Shown one piece after another: positions 57,683 through 64,000 of a DNA stretch of 64,000 bases. The stretch covers positions 224,001 through 288,000 of the forward strand of contig CAWEJX010000020.1 in NCBI GenBank assembly GCA_963809485.1. Reading direction: 5' to 3'. Within the stretch, counting starts at the first letter, position 1. Each line of letters opens with the position of its first letter. The notes below the pieces were generated by a model. It saw nothing but the letters and a program-made list of their open reading frames with translations, was not told where the DNA came from and searched no databases. Origin of the DNA: an uncultured Acidobacteriota bacterium (GTDB lineage: Bacteria; Acidobacteriota; UBA6911). The translations under genes were made by a program, and so were the position numbers.

Positions 57683-58645
57683 TCATGGCACGCAATTTCG
57701 AAGGACTGCATCGACCGGAATATTGTTCATACAAGTATGATCAGGTTGACCGCAAGCGCACCCTTCGCAGCCGTGTGGCTCTCTCAGCACTGTAACATGA
57801 TCGCCCAGCGGAGCCCAGTGCTGCGGCAAGGTGGGTCCAAAGAGCACGGTGGATCGAACCTTAAGACCGGCCGCCAGGTGCGTTATCCCGGAATCGTTCC
57901 CCACAAAAGCTTTACACCGCTCAATTGCAGCCGCAAGAAGATTGAGCGGCAGGGATTGAGCGACAATTGCACTTGAGGCGGGCAATGCCTCAGCGATTTG
58001 CATTGCCATGCCTGTTTCGGCAGGGCCTTCAATCAGCAGCAGCTTTCCATTCCCGCGCAGAGTTAACTCCTCTGCCAGTCGGACAAAACGAGGCAGCGGC
58101 CAGCGTTTTGCAGCGGATCCTGCCCCCGGATGCAGTGCCACAAGAGTGTCCCGAGTGTCCCCCCCTCGCTCCGCGAGCCACTGCGACGCCTGCTTTTGCA
58201 CCATGGAGTCGAGCAGGATACCGGCGTGCGGCGGCATTGCGGTGGAATTCCCGGTGCCCAGCGAGTCGATGAACAGCCGGGACACATGCCTCGGTTCCTC
58301 CGGCCCAGGACGCCAGGAAGCAATGCATGCGTCGGGATGAATCTGTTTCAGGTTGTGGACAAACTCTGAATTCCCCGAGCCTGTCCAGGAAACTATCCGA
58401 TCGAAAGCTTTCCAGAAAAGCGCTTCCTCATCCGTCAGGCGTCCGGGAGTATATAAGCGATGCAGAGGGAGGGCGGCCAGCGAGAGGATGTGCTCGGCAT
58501 AGCCATGCGCCACCGGCGCGAGGTGGTCGATGTTGGCCGCTATGGTAAAGATTGCGGAGGGAAACTGACTCCGGAGCAGTCGAATGGCAGGGAGAGAGAG
58601 CAGGATGTCGCCCAGGCCGCCGGGATGGAGGATCAGAATCTCCAC
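57683..58645 (-). CDS. Glycosyltransferase family 9
   Basis: HPGGLGD, LHPGAG..KRWP and FVGNDSGITHLAA motifs. Confidence 0.88.
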   Translation of the reverse strand: MEILILHPGGLGDILLSLPAIRLLRSQFPSAIFTIAANIDHLAPVAHGYAEHILSLAALPLHRLYTPGRLTDEEALFWKAFDRIVSWTGSGNSEFVHNLKQIHPDACIASWRPGPEEPRHVSRLFIDSLGTGNSTAMPPHAGILLDSMVQKQASQWLAERGGDTRDTLVALHPGAGSAAKRWPLPRFVRLAEELTLRGNGKLLLIEGPAETGMAMQIAEALPASSAIVAQSLPLNLLAAAIERCKAFVGNDSGITHLAAGLKVRSTVLFGPTLPQHWAPLGDHVTVLREPHGCEGCACGQPDHTCMNNIPVDAVLRNCVP

Positions 58646-59739
58646 TATTCAATGATCATCGTGTTGGTTCTGCTGAGATTTGCGATGCTTACCTGCGCCG
58701 CCACATTCTGCGCCACCTGAATCATGGCCCGGGCTGCCGGAGACTCCGGATCGGCCGCCACAACGGGCTTGCCGGCGTCGCCGCCTTCACGCAGGGAGAC
58801 ATTCAAAGGCACTTCGCCCAGGAATGGGACTCCATAATTGGCCGCGGTGACTGTGCCTCCCCCGTGGCTGAATATGTGCGTCCGTTCGCCGCACTTGGGA
58901 CATTGAAAGTAGGACATGTTCTCGACGATTCCCAGGATTTCCACATGCACCTGGCGGAACATGAGTATCGCTTTGCGCGCGTCCTGCAGCGCCACATCCT
59001 GAGGAGTGCTGACGATTACGGCGCCCGTGAGCGGGACCGTCTGGACCAGGCTAAGCTGCACATCGCCGGTCCCCGGCGGCAGATCGATAAAAAGGTAATC
59101 TAGTTCCCCCCAGTCAACCTGGCGGATGAATTGCTGAATGACGCTGTGCAGCATGGGACCGCGCCAGATCAGCGGGGTGTCTTCGCCCGTCAGAAACCCC
59201 ATGGACATGACACGCACGCCGTATTTTGACAGGGTCTGGATGCGATCCTCAATCGCATGCGGCCGCCCGGCGATGCCCATCATGAGAGGCACGTTCGGCC
59301 CGTAGATATCGGCGTCCAGCAGGCCGACCGCCGCTCCGCTTTGGGCAAGTGCGACCGCAAGATTGACCGTTATGGTGGTTTTTCCCACACCGCCTTTGCC
59401 GCTTCCCACGGCAATGATATTTTTCACGCCCGCGATGGCCTGTTTCTGCGCGGCCACGGTGCCGGGGGAAACCGCCGCGGTCATTTTTACCTCAACTTCC
59501 CGGATGCCGCCGACACCGAGGACCGCCTCGCGTGCCCACTGCTCCATTTCCTTTTTGACGGGACATGCCGGAGTTGTCAGCTCGATGGTGAACGATGCCC
59601 TGTCTCCCTCAATCTTCAGGTCTTTGACGAAATTGAGTTCGACGATGTCTTTGTTTAAATCAGGATCCTTCACATTTCGAAGCGCGTCCAGGACGGCCCG
59701 TTCGAGGGTTTCCTTGTTTCCATGTTTGCCAGAAGTCAT
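58645..59739 (-). CDS. mrp: Mrp/ApbC Fe-S cluster carrier ATPase
   Basis: DUF59-like N-terminus (LTTPACP), GKGGVGKT, DADIYGP, DLPPGTGD, ENMS..CPKC. Confidence 0.94.
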   Translation of the reverse strand: MTSGKHGNKETLERAVLDALRNVKDPDLNKDIVELNFVKDLKIEGDRASFTIELTTPACPVKKEMEQWAREAVLGVGGIREVEVKMTAAVSPGTVAAQKQAIAGVKNIIAVGSGKGGVGKTTITVNLAVALAQSGAAVGLLDADIYGPNVPLMMGIAGRPHAIEDRIQTLSKYGVRVMSMGFLTGEDTPLIWRGPMLHSVIQQFIRQVDWGELDYLFIDLPPGTGDVQLSLVQTVPLTGAVIVSTPQDVALQDARKAILMFRQVHVEILGIVENMSYFQCPKCGERTHIFSHGGGTVTAANYGVPFLGEVPLNVSLREGGDAGKPVVAADPESPAARAMIQVAQNVAAQVSIANLSRTNTMIIE

Positions 59740-59742
59740 AAG

Positions 59743-59961
59743 CTATTTCCGAAAAATGTAAAATACCAGACTGAGAAGGATGCTCAGAATGAGGCAGGTT
59801 GTCAATGGGAAGTAAAAGGAGAAACTCCCGCGCCTGATCCTGATATCCCCCGGTAACCGCCCCAGGTGCAGAAACGAGAAGAAATGCGAGTAGCTCAGGA
59901 TAATGCCGAGCAATACGAGGGCAATGCCGAGGATAATAAGGATCCGGCCCAGTGGGACCAT
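59743..59961 (-). CDS. DUF2905-family small membrane protein
   Basis: LGRLPGDI...FYFPLTTCLILS. Confidence 0.88.
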   Translation of the reverse strand: MVPLGRILIILGIALVLLGIILSYSHFFSFLHLGRLPGDIRIRRGSFSFYFPLTTCLILSILLSLVFYIFRK

Positions 59962-59967
59962 ATCTCA

Positions 59968-60115
59968 AATTACGAATGACGAATTACGAATGACGGATAA
60001 AGTCCTTAGGCTCCCAATCTTCCCGTCTTTTACCGGTCTTCCGACCGATAAACGAATGACGAATTACGCAGCGCTGATGGGTTCACTCGTAATTCGTCAT
60101 TCGTAATCCGTCATT
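59968..60115. repeat. Inverted heptamer tandem repeats (GAATGAC/GAATTAC)
   Basis: AATTACGAATGACGAATTACGAATGACG, CGAATGACGAATTACG and CGTAATTCGTCATTCGTAATCCGTCATT. Confidence 0.8.
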
Positions 60116-60982
60116 TTAGAGCAGCTTTGCGAGAGTTTCGCCGATTTCCGCGGGGCTCAGGGCTACTTTGATCCCGCATTGCTGCATGGATTCGATCTTT
60201 TCGGCGGCCGTGCCTTTGCCGCCGGAAATGATTGCGCCGGCGTGACCCATCCGCCTGCCCGGCGGCGCCGTGCGTCCCGCAATAAAACCGACGACCGGCT
60301 TCTTCATATTCTCCTTGATATACCTGGCGGCTTCTTCTTCCGCCGTTCCGCCGATTTCTCCTACCATAACGACAGCCTGAGTCTCGGAGTCCTTGTTGAA
60401 CAGAGTCAGGGCATCGATAAAATTGGTGCCTATCACCGGATCGCCTCCAATACCTATGCAGGTCGACTGGCCGATGTTCCGCCCCGAAAGCTGATGAACC
60501 GCCTCATAGGTCAGGGTGCCGCTGCGCGAAACCACACCGACTCCGCCTTCCCGGAAAATCTGCCCGGGCATGATGCCGATTTTGCATTTGCCCGGAGAAA
60601 TAATCCCCGGGCAATTGGGCCCGATCAAACGGCTCCCGGAGCGTGAAATGAGCGCCATGACGCGCACCATGTCCAGAGTGGGAATCCCTTCGGTAATGCA
60701 TACAATCAGCGGAACTCCGGCAGTCGCCGATTCCATGATCGCGTCGGCGGCAAACGCAGGAGGCACAAAAATGACCGTTGCATTGGCTCCTTCTTTCTCC
60801 ACGGCTTCCTCGACGGTGTTGAAGATCGGGATGCCGTCATGAAGGGAGCCTCCCTTGCCCGGAGTGATGCCCGCCACAACTTTTGTGCCGTAAGCCTTGC
60901 ACTGCTGGGCGTGAAAAGAACCTTCCCTGCCCGTAATGCCCTGAACTGCCAAACGAGTGTTTTTATCAACGAGTATAGCCAA
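60116..60982 (-). CDS. sucD: Succinyl-CoA synthetase alpha subunit
   Basis: VQGITG, GPNCPG, RMGHAGA; TTG start. Confidence 0.96.
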   Translation of the reverse strand: MAILVDKNTRLAVQGITGREGSFHAQQCKAYGTKVVAGITPGKGGSLHDGIPIFNTVEEAVEKEGANATVIFVPPAFAADAIMESATAGVPLIVCITEGIPTLDMVRVMALISRSGSRLIGPNCPGIISPGKCKIGIMPGQIFREGGVGVVSRSGTLTYEAVHQLSGRNIGQSTCIGIGGDPVIGTNFIDALTLFNKDSETQAVVMVGEIGGTAEEEAARYIKENMKKPVVGFIAGRTAPPGRRMGHAGAIISGGKGTAAEKIESMQQCGIKVALSPAEIGETLAKLL

Positions 60983-60993
60983 CGGAATCCTCC

Positions 60994-62151
60994 TTACTTG
61001 GCAAGTGCAACAACTTTGTCTGCGGCATCCTTCATGCCCCCCGCTACCGTGAACTTGAGTCCCGAGTTTCGGAGGATTTCCTGCCCTTGTTCGACGTTGG
61101 TGCCTTCCAAACGCACGACGACAGGGATGTTGACACCGATGGATTTGGCGGCCTCCACCACACCGTTTGCGACAACGTCGCAGCGCACGATGCCCCCGAA
61201 AATGTTGACGAGGACAGCTTTCACGTTGTGGTCGCCCAGTAGGATCTTGAAGGCGTTCCGGACCTGATCGACAGTCGCGCCGCCGCCGACATCCAGGAAA
61301 TTGGCAGGGTTGCCGCCGGCAAGCTTTATGATGTCCATGGTCGCCATGGCCAGGCCGGCGCCGTTCACCATGCATCCGATATTTCCATCCAGCCGGATAT
61401 AGTTGATGCTGTATCGCGAGGCCTCGATTTCGAGAGTGTCCTCCTCGTAAAAATCGCGCAGCGACAGCAGGTCTTTATGCCGGTACAGAGCGTTGTCGTC
61501 AAAATTTACCTTGGCATCCAGGGCATAGAGCTTGTTGGTCTCCGTCAGCAGGAACGGATTTATTTCCACAAGCGAAGCATCGACCGCCTCGAAGGCTCGA
61601 TAGAGGGCGGCGATGATCTTGGTGGTCGGCGTCATAAGATCGCCTGTCAGCCCCAATCGGAATGCCAGTTTGCGCAAGGCAAAAGGCTGAAGGCCTATGC
61701 TGGGATCCACAAACTCCTTGAATATCAAATGGGGAGTTTCCGCCGCGACCTTTTCGATGTCCATCCCTCCGGAGGGAGACGCCATAATTACGGGGCGCTG
61801 GCTCCCGCGGTCCACAACAATGCCCAGATAGAATTCTTTTTTAATCGGCAGGCCTTCCTCAATGAGGACGCGTCGGACCTTACGCCCTTCGGGTCCCGTC
61901 TGATGCGTCACGAGAGTCATGCCGATCATTTTGCCTGCAAGCTCTTCGGCTTCCGCCGGAGTTTTGGCGAGCTTGACGCCGCCCCCTTTGCCACGGCCTC
62001 CCGCGTGAATCTGGGCCTTGACAACCACAGTCCCGCCCAGACGCGAGGCGATATCGTATGCCTCATAGGGGTTTGTGGCGACCTCCCCTCGAGGAATCGG
62101 AACGCCGAACTGCGACAGCACTTGTTTCGCCTGATACTCATGTATTTTCAC
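60994..62151 (-). CDS. sucC: Succinyl-CoA synthetase beta subunit
   Basis: [39 protein letters not shown]; GTG start. Confidence 0.96.
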   Translation of the reverse strand: MKIHEYQAKQVLSQFGVPIPRGEVATNPYEAYDIASRLGGTVVVKAQIHAGGRGKGGGVKLAKTPAEAEELAGKMIGMTLVTHQTGPEGRKVRRVLIEEGLPIKKEFYLGIVVDRGSQRPVIMASPSGGMDIEKVAAETPHLIFKEFVDPSIGLQPFALRKLAFRLGLTGDLMTPTTKIIAALYRAFEAVDASLVEINPFLLTETNKLYALDAKVNFDDNALYRHKDLLSLRDFYEEDTLEIEASRYSINYIRLDGNIGCMVNGAGLAMATMDIIKLAGGNPANFLDVGGGATVDQVRNAFKILLGDHNVKAVLVNIFGGIVRCDVVANGVVEAAKSIGVNIPVVVRLEGTNVEQGQEILRNSGLKFTVAGGMKDAADKVVALAK

Positions 62152-62254
62152 GATGCTTCCTCGTTCCCGCCAGGCCCCCCTACGGGACTCTCGGGTTCTG
62201 TTGAACACATGAGGAGCTGCCTGAAACCGTAGGGTGTCTCAGGCTGAACCGGAT

Positions 62255-62283
62255 ATTTTATTGCACTGAATTAGAGTGTTCAA
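62255..62283 (-). promoter_or_regulatory. sigma70 promoter candidate for sucCD
   Basis: TTGAAC-17bp-TAAAAT. Confidence 0.55.
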
Positions 62284-62344
62284 ATGAATCTGAAAAAAAT
62301 GCTAAGAAGTAATCGCAAAAGCACAAAGAAAAGCCGCTAAAACC

Positions 62345-62420
62345 TGGTAGCGCTACTCGGATTCGAACCGAGGTTTGATGGCTGAGAACCACCCGTCCTA
62401 GTCCCCTAGACGATAGCGCC
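62345..62420 (-). tRNA. tRNA-Glu (CTC)
   Basis: GGCGCTA acceptor, GGTGGTTCTCAGCCATC anticodon arm, GGTTCGAATCC, CCA. Confidence 0.95.
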
Positions 62421-62433
62421 TTGATCGGGACGG

Positions 62434-62462
62434 ATACTAACAGACGGCCCGGTTGGCGTCAA
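62434..62462 (-). promoter_or_regulatory. sigma70 promoter of tRNA-Glu
   Basis: TTGACG-17bp-TAGTAT with TGn extension. Confidence 0.72.
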
Positions 62463-62720
62463 CTTGGAGATTCGAGCTTCGAGCTTTGGGATCGAGCTCC
62501 ATGGCGCCGGCCCTGCAAGGCGCACTCTCTATGATACAAACACGCAGCTTTATGCTATTTTGGCAAAAGCTATGGATCTCTGCGCCTGCGGACGGTTTGA
62601 AGAGCCGTCCGCATAACGGAACGGCCGTCTTGTGAGTTCGCATCCATTGGGTTGCGGCCACCCGGCCGCGCCGTGCTATCTGCGGCGGGATAGTATAATG
62701 GGTCAGACAGAAAGGGAGTT

Positions 62721-63707
62721 TTGTTGAAAAACAAAAGCGTAATCCTTGCATCGCCGCGGGGGTTTTGCGCGGGGGTCCACCGGGCAATTGATACCGTGAA
62801 TCTCGCGCTCGACGTGTATGGGCAGCCGATTTATGTCAGGCGCGAAATCGTTCACAATAAATATGTGGTCAACGAATTGCGCCAGAAAGGCATCATCTTT
62901 GTCAACGAGCTCGACGAGGTGCCCCCGGGCGGACGCGTGGTTTTCAGCGCCCACGGGGTAGCTCCGGAAATTCGCTCCTTCGCAGATCAGCGCGGGCTGC
63001 AAGTCATCGATGCGACCTGCCCTCTCGTCACAAAGGTCCATCGGGAAGCCGTCAAATACGCGCACCTCGGATATACAATCATTCTCATCGGACACTCCGA
63101 TCACGATGAAGTAATCGGGACTTTGGGCGAAGCCCCGGAAGCCATCACGGTGCTCAACCAAGGGCCCGGAATAGATGAGCTGAATGTTCCCGACCCGTCC
63201 AAAATAGTCTACCTGACTCAGACCACCCTGAGTCTGCACGACACGCTTCACATCGTCGAAAAGCTGCGCCGGAAATATCCGCTGATCCAGGCACCCGGAT
63301 CTGAGGATATCTGCTACGCGACGCAGAGCCGTCAGAGAGCGGTGCTCGAGCTTGCCGAAAAGGCCGAGTTGATCCTGGTGGTAGGCTCCGCAAACAGCTC
63401 CAATTCGCGCCGTTTGGTGGAAGTGGCGCAGAGCGGAGGTTTGCCTGCACATTTAATCGATGATATCGAGGATATACAACCGGACTGGCTGAAGCATGTC
63501 CAAATCATCGGACTCACCGCCGGGGCTTCGGCCCCTGAAAGCCTTGTGCAAAAGGTCGTGCGCTACCTCAAGGGGCTTGGCTATCCTGAGGTTGCCGCGA
63601 CCGGTGGAAATATTGAAAATGTCGAGTTTTCTCTTCCTGCCGAATTGACCAGGGCGGCCCGCAAAATGGGAATCACTTTTCGTGAATCTAAAAGAAGTTT
63701 CCGATGA
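62721..63707 (+). CDS. ispH: 4-hydroxy-3-methylbut-2-enyl diphosphate reductase
   Basis: PRGFCAGV, IVHN, DATCPLV, DICYATQ, SSNS and TAGASAP motifs. Confidence 0.96.
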   Translation: MLKNKSVILASPRGFCAGVHRAIDTVNLALDVYGQPIYVRREIVHNKYVVNELRQKGIIFVNELDEVPPGGRVVFSAHGVAPEIRSFADQRGLQVIDATCPLVTKVHREAVKYAHLGYTIILIGHSDHDEVIGTLGEAPEAITVLNQGPGIDELNVPDPSKIVYLTQTTLSLHDTLHIVEKLRRKYPLIQAPGSEDICYATQSRQRAVLELAEKAELILVVGSANSSNSRRLVEVAQSGGLPAHLIDDIEDIQPDWLKHVQIIGLTAGASAPESLVQKVVRYLKGLGYPEVAATGGNIENVEFSLPAELTRAARKMGITFRESKRSFR

Positions 63708-64000
63708 AGTTCCGGCTTTACGGTCGCACATAAAATGGCGCCAACCGGCAGCTGCTTCCCGGAATCCCGCCAGGGCCGGTTCGCATCAGAAGCGGTTCGC
63801 TGGAATCCGTGGCAGCTGATTCCCTCATGCGCCTGGGCATTAACGATTTGCGGAATCCTTCGATTGCTATGCGCGGACGCATCTGTTACTCCCTTTGCTA
63901 TCCCATGCATTTGGATTCAAGGCTTGACGCCAACGGGGTCGGGTCAGCAGGGTGGGAGGTCCAATAATATTGGAATTACGGGCCACTTGGGCTATAGTTC

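Noticed and set aside
59968-60115. Possible CRISPR array
   Set aside because: Units are 7-nt tandem and inverted repeats without unique spacers; no cas genes in the window.
60983-61375. N-terminal extension of SucD in the ORF track
   Set aside because: It overlaps sucC in another frame; the probable start is TTG at 60982, preceded by an AAGGAGG RBS.
63708-64000. Possible gene at the window end
   Set aside because: No supported ORF or RNA motif within the visible sequence.

Overview
A roughly 57% GC bacterial chromosomal window, probably Acidobacteriota (inferred from the Cys-rich N-terminal insertion in RpoB and the gene content). It is mostly core genome. It holds LPS/envelope genes (plsY, two GT9 heptosyltransferase-like genes, rfaE1, lpxD, lpxB), mnmA, a type IV pilus locus (pilB-pilT-pilC-pilS-pilR, then sigma54-driven pilA followed by a YfhO/GT-C gene), and the tRNA(Thr-Tyr-Gly-Thr)-tuf-rpmG-tRNA(Trp)-secE-nusG-rplKAJL-rpoBC cluster. 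It also holds a GT2/methyltransferase/ndk cluster, tmRNA, mrp, sucCD, tRNA-Glu and ispH. The most interesting non-core signals are: (1) four copies of a non-autonomous IS200/IS605-like palindromic element, each ending at TAATTA next to a gene boundary; (2) an IS4 element whose transposase carries an N-terminal DUF4338 (Mom/GNAT-like) domain, inserted with a 9-bp duplication into the terminal hairpin of one of those copies; (3) an ECF sigma gene with no adjacent anti-sigma gene and a complete sigma54/IHF/enhancer promoter, probably driven by the adjacent histidine kinase and NtrC-type regulator; (4) a 22-nt palindromic repeat placed directly after the 3' ends of two tRNAs and tmRNA; (5) a secreted M1-peptidase-TPR protein that has lost its catalytic residues; (6) a pilin with C-terminal Ser next to a GT-C gene; (7) anomalous codon usage in tuf. 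All calls come from reading the sequence; no searches were run.
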